Origin: Octopus sinensis
Taxonomy: Eukaryota
Direction of reading: 5' to 3'
Assembly: GCF_006345805.1 (NCBI RefSeq)
Contig: NC_043020.1
Coordinates: 2,046,001-2,110,000, forward strand
DNA: 64,000 nucleotides
The position numbers and the translations under genes are program-made. Below, piece after piece: positions 53,097 to 64,000 of this stretch. Every line of letters starts with the position of its first letter. The stretch's first letter is position 1. The notes under the pieces were generated by a model. It searched no databases. It saw only the letters and a list, made by a program, of their open reading frames with translations, and had not been told where the DNA came from.

Positions 53097-53404
53097 TATA
53101 TATATATAAATGTTATATATATATATAAATTTATATATATAATGTTTATATGTATGTAACTATATAAACATACATACAGACATACATACATACGTATGCG
53201 TGCGAGAATACACAACTATGTAAGTTTGTATAAATACACACACACAAACACACACACACATATACACATATCAGGGAGGGTGAAAGAGAAAGAAAGAAAG
53301 AGCGAAGGCGAGAGCGAGGGAGTGTGTGTGTGTGTGTGTGTGTGCGTGCGTGTGTGGTGTGTGTGCATGGTCGTATGGGAATACATATTTTGTAAGACAT
53401 TACA

Positions 53405-53500
53405 TTTTATTGGGTTTTTTTTTCTCCGCGACTTGAATACATCTCCGTCTTCGAGAAAATATCCGACTGATGTTACACTCTGAAATAACCGAGACGCCAT
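53405..53500 (-). CDS. Candidate first coding exon (MASRLFQSVTSVGYFLEDGDVFKSRRKKNPIK)
   Basis: ATG in AAGATGGCG context at 53500, inside the most CpG-rich unique block of the window. Possible donors GAT|GTATTC (after 53441) or AAT|GTAATG (after 53405). Protein not recognised. Confidence 0.4.
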
Positions 53501-53660
53501 CTTATCGCCGACATGGCGAAGCCATTAGACTCTCTGTCCTACAATAGGTCCCAGCAGATGAAGAAATCCGTGCCGGCGCATTAGCAGAAATCACTGCGCC
53601 ACATTTCGACGGCCTTCACTTATCTGCTTCCACGCAAACAATATTGCTCCCCCGCATTGC
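53420..53660. promoter_or_regulatory. CpG-rich candidate promoter with two divergent YY1-type motifs
   Basis: CGCCATCTT (53495-53503) and ACATGGCG (53511-53518). About 18 CpG in 240 bp by hand count, next to a (CT)n tract. Confidence 0.45.
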
Positions 53661-53753
53661 ACACAGTCTCTCTTTCTCTCCTTCCTTTTTCTCCGCCCCC
53701 ACCTCTATCTCTCCCTCTCTCGCTCTCTTTCTCTTGTTCTCTCTATTTCCTTT

Positions 53754-53800
<47 letters not shown>

Positions 53801-54016
53801 TATTTAGGTCTACGTGCTGAAAGTGTGTTCGTTGTATGTCAATAAAGGAAAATCATAAATTGCGCATGCATTTCTACGTGTTTCATATGCAATTTTTGTA
53901 TGTTTATACATGGAAAAGATTTTATACATACATACACACATACATACATTCATACATACATACATATACATGCATATTTATTTATTTATTTATCTATGTA
54001 TATATATGTATGTGTG

Positions 54017-54067
<51 letters not shown>

Positions 54068-54153
54068 ATATATACATATATATACATATGCGTGCACGTT
54101 AAATACACATATATATTAACATATACATATTCATACATATGTACATATCTTTA

Positions 54154-54239
<86 letters not shown>

Positions 54240-54401
54240 CAGGCATACACACACACTTATAAAGCAACTGTTTTGTGTAAAAGAGTTCAGACAAACACCT
54301 CTATATATAACACCCACGCCTATTTGTATGTACATATACAGGCGTGTATATGTGTGTGTGTATACCTATATATATACATATATCTGTATGTATATATGTG
54401 T

Positions 54402-54465
<64 letters not shown>

Positions 54466-55104
54466 TATACGTATGGATATATGTGTGTGTGGGTGTACAT
54501 AAGGAAATGTCTACAGTTATGGCAAAAACGACGAAACTTTCAGAAAGTCGTTCACATCTATGCTAAGAACATTCTAAACCAAAACGTATACAAGACTCGT
54601 GTGACTTGTTTGGAATTTGTGTTCTTTAAAGCCACCTGCCTACGATCATAAATCCCTAAATTTATGAAATATTGTAACTGCTTAATGTTTTTAAATCCCC
54701 CAGAGATTTTCTCTGAAAGTTTACAATGACAAAAACTTTGCTATTAATAATTATTCTGTAGATATTAATTATTATTTAATAATCTCATTGGCTATTTGCG
54801 ATACCAGTGCAGGAATAGACACTGAGATTCTATACATTGCTGACGAGGGTATCGGCTGCAATTTCTAGCGAAATGTCTGTCATTGACAAGGCCAAGGAAG
54901 GTCGATATGTACGTTTATCGGCTGCTAGTGATATAAACACGCGTGCTTTTATGCACCACAAGTCAATAAGAGGGAACTTCTTATAGTAAATAAAGCAGTG
55001 TTCTTTGGTTCTAACATAACATCTACTTTTATGTGGGTCATAAATATTATTTTCTGGCACTAATACTGCCTCTGCAGCAGTTAATTATATATATATATAC
55101 ACTG

Positions 55105-55198
55105 ATAGATAGATAGATAGATAGATAGATTGATAGATAGATAGATAGATAGATGGATGGATGGATGGATGGATAGATAGATAGATAGATAGATAGAC

Positions 55199-55236
<38 letters not shown>

Positions 55237-55272
55237 GTAGGTAGATAGATAGATGGATAGATAGATAGATAG
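55105..55272. repeat. (ATAG)n/(ATGG)n microsatellite
   Basis: Direct inspection. Confidence 0.95.
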
Positions 55273-55324
55273 GTATGTGTATAAGAATGTATGTATGTAC
55301 ATATATGTGTAAGCATGTATGTAC

Positions 55325-55369
<45 letters not shown>

Positions 55370-55411
55370 TCCATTTTTGTGCATATATGTGTATGTATAT
55401 GTGCATGTATT

Positions 55412-55470
<59 letters not shown>

Positions 55471-56407
55471 GTGGGGTGTGTATATATTTATATATGTATA
55501 TATATTCAGTGAGAGGAACAGGAAGAGAATTATTAAGATAATTATATTCACACGCATGTATGTATCACTTTCAGTACAGTCCTGTATGTGTCCATGTGTG
55601 CACATCTCCATTCATATGTCTATGTATACACACACAAATGTGCGTGCGTGCACATTTGTGCATATGTATGTGCGTGCATGTGCGTGCGTGTGTGTCTGTG
55701 TGTCTGTGTATTTCCATTTCGGGATGCCTTATATCGCCAGCGAAGGAGTAAGTGCTGTGTCTGTGGCGATGTTGATACAGAAGCCATAGTCGTGTGTCTG
55801 TAATCTCAATATGAAATGACTATATTTTTCTTTCAAGTACGCTGGGAACATTGATATTAATTATTATCTTTCAGAGATTGTATTAGCAAAGGCGCCGTGT
55901 CTTAATGTATAATGTATCTAGTTTAGCACGCTTGTATATCTAACCTATACTTTTAATTAGCTTAGTGAATACACGCACACAGGCACGCACTCACACACAC
56001 ACACACGTGCACATACATGCATAGATACACGCAAGCACAGACGCGCGCACGCACACACTTATATATATGCATATATGTGTGTGCTTATGTTTATGTATAT
56101 ACACACATATATATACATATATGTATGTGAAATGGATTCTCTCTGACCATGTGTTGGTGTATAAATATATATTTGTGCGTGTACATGTATGCATACATAT
56201 CTACATACGTGTGTGTTCGCGAGACTGTCTGCGCGTAATCACATTTGCTTGTGTGTATATATATATATATACACACGCAAATGTATAAACGTATATATAT
56301 ATATATAAACCCGCACACAGATGTATAAATGCAAATGTATATATATACATGCATATATACACATACATACAAAGAGAGAGAAGGAGAGAGAGAGATTGGT
56401 AGCTATA

Positions 56408-57667
56408 TCAGGTCATCCCATAAGTAATGTCTGTATTTTAAATAAGTAAAAGTGATCAAATCTTACATTTTAATGAAAGCTAATCGTCAATATAATTTCC
56501 ATGATAATCTATGACATCTTTCCATCCACTCGTAAGCTTTTCAATGCCACCAATGAAAGCCTCTTTTGGTTTCGAAGAGAAGACCTCTGCAAAGGTCAGT
56601 CTCGACCTCATCAGTTGTTTCGGGGGTTAATCCATCCAAATGATTCTGTAAACTACAGAACAGAGGGTAATCTGAAGGAGCAACGTCTGGGGAATAGGGC
56701 GGACGAGCAATTTTATCTCAGCCAAGTTCCTAGGTCTTCTGTGATGTGATCTTTGCAGTGTGAGGTCTTGCACCGTCCTGTTGAAACACTATTTCCTTTC
56801 GATTCACTAAAGCGGACGTTTTTTTTTACTTCAAAGCAGTATTCAAACGCTCTAGTTGCTGACACTTGATTTGAGCATTAATTGACGTATTGGTTGATAG
56901 CAACTCTTGACTCCTTTGTGATCCCACCAGAGACAAGAACCTTCTTTGCATGGAGCTCCCTTCTCCATTGTGGATTTGCCTTTTCCCCTTCACTAAAACA
57001 ATGTCTACGACGCTTAACATTTTGATAAAAGACCTATTTTTCATCACCGGTAACAAGTCTGTACAAAACCGACTATACGAGTTCATGGAAACGAAGAGAA
57101 GAGCAGATGTCCATTCGGGATTTGCGGTTGGCTATAGACAAATCATGAGGCATCCATTTTCCGAGTTTTGGGACCTTTCCAAGCTGTTGAAGATGACCGT
57201 GAAACGAAGCTTGCTTGCCAATTCTTCAACTAGAACTGCATGATCGATTTCAAGTTCTACCAAAAAGATTTTATCATCCAACTCAATTGGACGTCCTGTT
57301 TGAGCCTCATCTTCAAGGTCGAAATCTCCAATTCTGAATTTTACAAACAATCTTCAGCAAGTTCTTTCATTCATGCACTCATCTCCACAAGCTAAGTAAA
57401 TATTTCAAGTCACTTCAGTCGCAGACTTTCTTTTTTAAACTCATAAAGTATTATGTGCGTCAAATGCTCCTTTCACACTTCCATATTTAAAGAGCTATAA
57501 TTGATGAAATTTCAATTGAATTATCCTGCAAAATGAAATTTATCTAGTTTAAATATGTCCAAATACATACAAATATTACTTGATGCCATTGGGTATTCTA
57601 AAATACTGTATAAGCGTTCACAAATTGAAAATATAGAAGTCTAGACATCACTTATGGTATGACCTGA
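56408..57667 (-). mobile_element. Full-length decayed mariner, 1260 bp
   Basis: TA-flanked 25-bp TIRs TCAGGTCATCCCATAAGTAATGTCT / AGACATCACTTATGGTATGACCTGA (2 mismatches). Transposase motifs FRIGDFDLEDEAQTGRP, WMPHDL, VFQQDGARP and PYSPDVAPSDY, with stops and frameshifts. Confidence 0.92.
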
Positions 57668-58299
57668 TAAATATTGATATAAAGATAAACAGAGTAACAG
57701 ACAGACCGACAGACAGAAGGCCAGGGAGGTTAGCAGACAGGCAAGCAGATAGACACAGGTAAACATGTGTGTATATATCTGTGTGTGTGTGTGTGTGTGT
57801 GTGTATTTACATATCCACACATACACACATAGACAAATAAAATTATCCCTTACCAATGTGATCCAACTTGATGAGGACTAGGGAGAGCAAGTCAGCCACG
57901 GAATTCACAGCCCTTCCCCACTAAGCGCCGAAGTGTTTCGTGTGTTCTTAAACTTGATGCTAGCAGGGGAGGGGCACAGAAATTCGAGTGAAAAGCAGGA
58001 CTGAGTAGAATTTGTATACGCGATACCATTACTGATAGCCGCCGGCTGAATCTGAGACCATTACAGTGCCACATTAAGACACTGAAACGACTCGCCGAAA
58101 TTTATATATTACCACTGAAGCGACCTTCGTTTCTCACAGTTTCCCACCTTGCAGTGCCATGAGCCCTTTTCCCTGGAAGTCAGCAATACGTAACAGAGCG
58201 TCTTCCCTGCTCCTCATGTTAGGAAAATTATCGCATTTTGTGCATTATCATCGACAAGGCAGACCCAAAGAGAGTATATTAGTCCTCTACATGAGGGGC

Positions 58300-58945
58300 A
58301 CCGTCTCGTCTGAGATTGACTTAACACAACGAATCGATATTTGTGATATGTATTACAAACGCAGTGGAATAGATCTTTTTTGAAATGAATTATCACTAGT
58401 GATGAAAGGTAGATTGTCTACAATAACATCAATCGAAAACGATCGCAGTCCAAGCGTAATGAACCACCACAAACCCCATGAGAAGCTGAATTGCATCAAA
58501 AATAGGTCTTGCTGTCAATTTGGTGGGATTATAAAAGTGTTGTGGATTTTGAGTAGCTTTCAAGGAACCAAACGATCAATTCAGATGTTTAGTGTCAACA
58601 ACTAATGATACTGGAGGAAGCAATCAAAGAAAAACGGCCAGAATTGGCAAATCGTAAAGGAATTATGTTCCACCATGACAACACTAGAGCACACACGTGT
58701 TTGCTAACTCGAGAAAAATTATTGGAGCATGGATGGGAAGTGATGTTACATCCACCATATAGCCCTGACCTTGCACCATCAGATTACCATTTATTTCGAA
58801 ATTTGCAAAATGGTAAAACTTTCAATAATGGTGAGGAACTGAAATCGTACTTGCTTCAGATTTTGCTGATAAGGAGCAGAAATTCTATGAGCGAAGAATC
58901 ATGAAGTTGCCAGAAAGATGGCAACATATCATCGAACGATACATG
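58300..58945 (+). mobile_element. Second mariner transposase pseudogene (DD34D domain)
   Basis: IITSDE, FHHDNTRAH, HPPYSPDLAPSDYHLF and KLPERWQHII in frameshifted pieces; TIRs not found. Confidence 0.88.
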
Positions 58946-59229
58946 TTGGTACCAGCATGGCTGGAAATACGAGTCAAAGCGACTCAATGGCCGCAAAAAG
59001 CAATTTGTAAGTTGACGAAGGGGACAAAACTCCCAAATGTAGTGAGACAATAGGAAATTTTGTCTCCCTCGTCAACTTACGAAGTGCTTTCTGTGGCAAA
59101 GGAGTTGTTTTAACTCTTATTTCTAGCAAAGATGGAACCACTATATATCGTTGTCATTTAGTAACGTTTATAAATATATATAGATATATATATATATATA
59201 TACATATATATATAATATATATGGTTATG

Positions 59230-59273
<44 letters not shown>

Positions 59274-59681
59274 TGCATACACACACACGCACACTCGAGA
59301 TTCCGCTATGTTGAGTTCTATTTCCCCCAAGCATTCATTGTTGCCACAGATTTTAATTTACTCATAATTAATTGTTGAATGCACTCAATGAAAATTATCT
59401 CGTCTGTAAATGAACTAAGCTGCATTTTGTACACCACGTGATTTTCCGTTGAAATGATGAACGTGTTTAAGGAAACGCGCATATTTTGCAGATATACACC
59501 CACACACACGCGCATATATATATGTATACGCATATGGATATTATATGTGTGTATGTATGTGTGTACTGAAAAAGAGAATAACTATGTATATATGCATGCA
59601 TATATATATATATATATACATACATACATATAATATATATGTATAATAACATATTTATATATATATACATTTACATATATA

Positions 59682-59720
<39 letters not shown>

Positions 59721-60439
59721 CTCGTATGTATGTACCTGTCTTTGCTTGCATGTGTGTAAACGTTATCATTAATCCTGTTTTACATACTATATTATGATGT
59801 CACACTCGATATGTGTCTGTGTGTATGTATTTATATATGTGTATGTGCATAGATATATAGATATATTTACATACACGCATACATATACTTACAAATATAT
59901 GTATATACGCATATATATGCACACGCAGCCACACACACAAACAGACACACACACAATCACTCACACATACATATATATATGTAGCTCCATATGTGTGTTC
60001 GTACACTTAAGGATCTATAATCACACAAGCCTAAACATTCACGAACATTCACATCCTATGCAGAAAACTTTTTTTTGCCAAATTCTCAATTAAATTAATC
60101 TATATGTTCATTTTGCTTTTATTTCTATATTTATTTTCCTTTTTCCTTAATGGAAAATATAACATATATTGCATCTTACAATATCGCTGGAAACTTGATT
60201 CAACAGTGTTTTCTTTTCTCTGCGAATAAGCAAATTTTCTAGTTGCCGAAGCAAGCAGCTGCTCTGATAACCGTAAATGGTAACTTGTGCGGGTTCAATA
60301 TATCTTAAACATTTCTAAAGCTAAACAAACACACACACACATACTGACCATTTTCACACTTCCTTGTCTCAGAAAGCACACTCTTTTCATTCGTTCTACC
60401 GCTGGTCACTTCAAAAATGTAACTGCATGTGATGGTTGG

Positions 60440-60620
60440 TGATTTTTTTCCCTTCGTCTAGGACTTTCCTGTTTTTCCACTTTCCGCAGAAGAGCGTTGC
60501 TCGAAACGTAAAACTACAACTCTTTTCCTTCTCTGAGTGTCTTACTAATACATTATTTGTGCTACGTCCACACGTTCGTTCGTTTGTTTTCTTTTACCTT
60601 TTCCCTTTGTTTTATTGAAT
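60440..60620 (+). mobile_element. Penelope-like terminal remnant with degenerate hammerhead motif
   Basis: TTT-CCGCAGA-A-GAGC-GTT-GCTC-GAAAC-GTA-AAA at 60481-60513; flanks resemble 27760-27945. Confidence 0.5.
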
Positions 60621-61114
60621 ATATATATATATAAGATGTAAAATTCAGTTCAATTCTGACGAATTAAAATATAAGTAAGCTTCTGTTGAATTCGGTACCT
60701 GTTGAGGCCCACAACACACAAAAATATTATATAAATATCAACCTTGGTACATGAGTACCATCGGAGTGATATTCTTGCAGTGTATGCAGACAACGAGACT
60801 CCGCTGGGTATATATTCCACTCTTGAGCTATCCAGAGATGTTCATTTTATTAAATAAACAATCTATAATATACCTCAGAATTTGCGATGCGCATGTTCAG
60901 AGATAGGCAAATAAAATATAAATAAGTAACAATTGAATGACAGATGTCATTATATCATTATAAAGAAACCGTTTCCTTCATATGAATACGTGAATTTTAC
61001 AATGAAGGACATTCAAAATGATTTAACATAGTTTAAATCCACAGAGCAAAACATTTTCAATGATTTTGCTACTATTTCAGTCTGGCCGCAATGAATTGAC
61101 ACCTGTCCCTCAGT

Positions 61115-61182
<68 letters not shown>

Positions 61183-61298
61183 GTGAGTGTGTAGGGATAA
61201 ATTAATCCAGGCGGGTACCGTGGTAGCTCTTAGGTATACTCCAGTTACGGCTAACGGCATCAAGTAGTACTAATGATCGCTAAGTATATATATATATC

Positions 61299-61635
61299 GG
61301 CGCAGGCGTGGCTGTGTGGTAAGAAGCTTGCGTAGCACCTTGGGCAAGCCTTCTGACTGGATTTGGTAGACAGAAACTGAAAGAAGCCCTTTTGTATATA
61401 TGCATATAAATGTATATGTTTGTGTGCCCGTGTTTGTCCCCGCACCCCACCCCACTTGACCATCGCTTGACAACCGATGCTGGTTTGTTTACGTCCCCGT
61501 AACATAACGGTTCGGCAAAGAAGAACCCGACAGAATATGTACTAGGCTTACAAAGAATAAGTCCTGGGGGCGATTTCTTCGACTAAAGGCGGTGCTCCAG
61601 CATGGGCGCAGTCGAATGACTGAAGCAAGAAAAAC
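61299..61635 (+). mobile_element. SINE family B with internal deletions
   Basis: GGCGCAGGCGTGGCTGTGTGGTAAG head through GGCGGTGCTCCAGCATGGGCGCAGTCGAATGACTGAAGC tail. Confidence 0.8.
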
Positions 61636-61761
61636 AATAAAATATATGCAAGCCATTGCACTAGAACTGTAAAAGTTTTAGAAAGTTTCTGCATTGCTAG
61701 AAGCCTTCTCATTCCTCAAAAAACTTCATTTATTTATATACATATATTAATACACACACAA

Positions 61762-61802
<41 letters not shown>

Positions 61803-62039
61803 CATACATTAATACACACATACACACCCGTATTTAGACAGAAATGCAATCATATTTATGATTATATTCCCTTTCGCCATTAGACATATCGGTGTCACCA
61901 AGCTATTATTAATATATCATTTATCATATGCCAGATTTGACATTGATAAAACATTTTGCCGGGGAGAATATATTTCATATTTTACACATAATTTCGTTGA
62001 ATATTGTTGACTTATCAACAATTGACATTTCTATAATGA

Positions 62040-62180
62040 TGAGGTGAATCTTTCAATGGAATATTGCTCCCGCATCTAGGAGGAAGCTACGGCTGCGCAC
62101 ACAGTCATCTTAGACAACATCCTGCAAAGGAGCTGCCATCCGTCTGATCGACTGCAGCCTCTTCTCTGTCTCCTCTCTGA
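62040..62180 (+). mobile_element. CR1/L2-group LINE fragment (post-RT region)
   Basis: MEYCSRI*EEATAAHTVILDNI..(A)IRLIDC, matching the EYCS..W....L..LD.IQ.RA.RLI motif. Confidence 0.6.
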
Positions 62181-62199
62181 AGTTTCTTCAGTTACTATA

Positions 62200-62680
62200 C
62201 TCTTTATTCTCTCTTTTACTTGTTTCAGTCATTTGACTGCGGCCATGCTGGAGCACCGCCTCTAGTCGAGCAAATCAACCCCAGAGCTTATTCTTTGTAA
62301 GCTCAGTACTTATTCTTATTCTATCGGTCTCTTTTGCCGAACCGCTAAGTGACGGGGACGCAAACACACCAGCATTGGTTGTCAAGCGATGTTGTGGAGG
62401 GGACAAACATATACACACACATACATACATACATACATACATACATACATAATACATACACACATACATACATATACATATATACATACATAATACATAC
62501 ATACATACATATAGATATATACGACGGGCTTCTTTCAGTTTCCGTCTACCAAATCCACTCACAAGGCATTGGTCGGCCCAAGGCTATAGTAGAAGACACT
62601 TTCCAAAGTGCCACGCAGTGGGACTGAACCCGGAACCATGTGGTTGGTAAGCGAGCTACTTACCAGACAACCACTCCTAC
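62200..62680 (-). mobile_element. SINE family B, full length
   Basis: Reverse complement of 23796-24246. Confidence 0.88.
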
Positions 62681-63237
62681 GTCTATCCTGAGATATGTTC
62701 CTAAGATCTATTTCAGATGCAATATATTCCGATATTCCTTTTTCTCGGTCGATGGAAACCTGCTATTCCATATATCAACCAGAGCTTCCATCAGCTTCTA
62801 CTTTGAGGACAAACTGAAAAACCTCTACTCAGTTTTCCATTTTCTCCTTGCACTTTCTTCGATAAAATTCTGTTATATCTCTATCTTCGATAAGATTCTG
62901 TGTCATATCTCTATCACATTTTTCTAAGAATTGATCCATATTCAAAATTACTTTTTGGCAAACAACACTAGCTAAAAATGTCCTGCTGTTGTTGCAACTT
63001 TCGTAATTGGTGACTGTTTTTGAAATAGTAATATTTTCTTTTATTCTCAAGTGAAAGTATCTATGTTTGCTTGTTAAAACCATATCATCTTTATATTCTA
63101 TTTTACCAACTTATTTTTTTCTTTAATTCCTGTTCTTGTTAATAAAGTTTTCGAAAACGTTTTGAAACATCGTAGCGAAATGTATACCAGACGAAGAATA
63201 ATGTGTGTTGTACAAGTGAGTAACAAGATGTATATAC

Positions 63238-63268
<31 letters not shown>

Positions 63269-63592
63269 ATATGGAAAAATATTTGATGACAATACTTTTT
63301 CCCACCACAACGAAAGCGAATGGATACTGATGTGTGTAAAAGCAATACCGTGAAGAGTTTTGTTATTGATGTATTATCGTAGCAAAAACGAGAACAAGAA
63401 TAATAGATGCTGGGCGGATGAACGGATAACATGCAAAAAGGAAGAGGAAAGAAGGGAGATGAGAAAGGAAACAGAAGAAAACGGGGAAAAAAGAAAAAGG
63501 GGGAAAACAGTAAAAGAAGATGGAGTAGGGTTAAAACCGGAAGATGGCAGGGAAGGGTGATGTGCCACATATCCCAGAAAAAAAGTGCGTGC

Positions 63593-63890
63593 TCAACCGC
63601 GTCCTGAGGACACGACGGCGAAGGCGTTGCCGCCAAGAATGTCCAGCGACACTCGTTGCGGCAGCCACTCCACCTCGCGGGGCTCATTTCTCTTGAAATC
63701 GGTAGTGCGGGATCCGACAACACCTGAGATCTTGACGGCAACCAGCTCAACCTGATGGCGGCCGGTCAAGCCCTTGTATTTATGGGCTTTTCTTACCTGC
63801 GCGTTACTGGTGGCGATACGTGGGTTTGCAGTTATCAAGATCAACCAGATGTTATCATCTGTTGTTTTGATGTGCGCAGATGAGATATTT
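63593..63890 (-). mobile_element. CRE-clade non-LTR retrotransposon C-terminus (restriction-like endonuclease region)
   Basis: SSAHIKTT...NAQVRKAHKYKGLTGRHQVELVAVKISGVVGSRTTDF..NEPREVEWLPQRVSLDILGGNAFAVVSS matches by eye the CRE motif AE.RK..KY..L.....F.P.A.ET.G..G......EPR....L.QR.S.A.QRGNA..V. Confidence 0.7.
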
Positions 63891-64000
63891 CAGCTAGCCA
63901 AGGACCAACATGACTTATTGGTCCGTCACCCGACAGGATAATGATGATGCAGCGGAATGAGATCGCTTCTTTTTCGGTGAGTATTTTTCTCCTGTTTTAC

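Noticed and set aside
54830-55060. Coding-looking unique segment (open frames on both strands)
   Set aside because: No recognisable domain and ambiguous strand and splice sites.
62829-63083. 84-aa minus-strand ORF (MDQFLEKCDRDMTQNL...)
   Set aside because: No family recognised and no convincing splice sites.
63139-63750. 203-aa minus-strand ORF and possible Penelope N-terminal similarity at 63140-63570
   Set aside because: It overlaps the CRE fragment in another frame and is otherwise low-complexity F/L/P/S; the Penelope similarity is too weak to support.
63894-63976. Plus-strand exon ending at strong donor CG|GTGAGT
   Set aside because: With the TTTCAG acceptor all three frames contain stops, it adjoins the antisense CRE remnant, and the window edge prevents testing.

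Overview
This is AT-rich, microsatellite-saturated animal genomic DNA, most consistent with an octopod cephalopod. That is an inference from the very dense (TA)n/(TATG)n/(ATAG)n/(AAT)n arrays and the multi-copy tRNA-headed SINEs. No complete protein-coding gene, true tRNA/rRNA gene or CRISPR array can be supported, and nearly all ORFs in the supplied track are translations of simple repeats. The recognisable content is transposable-element debris: four tRNA-headed SINE families in many copies, a structurally intact hAT deletion derivative (TIRs, TSD, 261-aa open transposase C-terminus), a full-length decayed mariner plus several Tc1/mariner remnants and MITEs, a non-autonomous Helitron, Penelope-like RT/GIY-YIG remnants, CR1/L2-group LINE 3' ends and a CRE-clade restriction-like-endonuclease fragment. 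The most interesting signal is a set of minimal hammerhead-ribozyme (HHR) motifs. One has an intact core and sits in the tail family of an element built as tRNA-like head + (AAT)n + HHR tail, arranged as a fold-back. Other points of interest are a CpG-rich candidate promoter/first exon with two divergent YY1-type ATGGCG motifs (about 53.5 kb), a 1.56-kb tandem duplication that copies a candidate 65-nt exon, and a LINE/SINE 3' stem-loop showing covariation. All coordinates and alignments were read by hand; repeat boundaries are approximate to about 10-20 bp.
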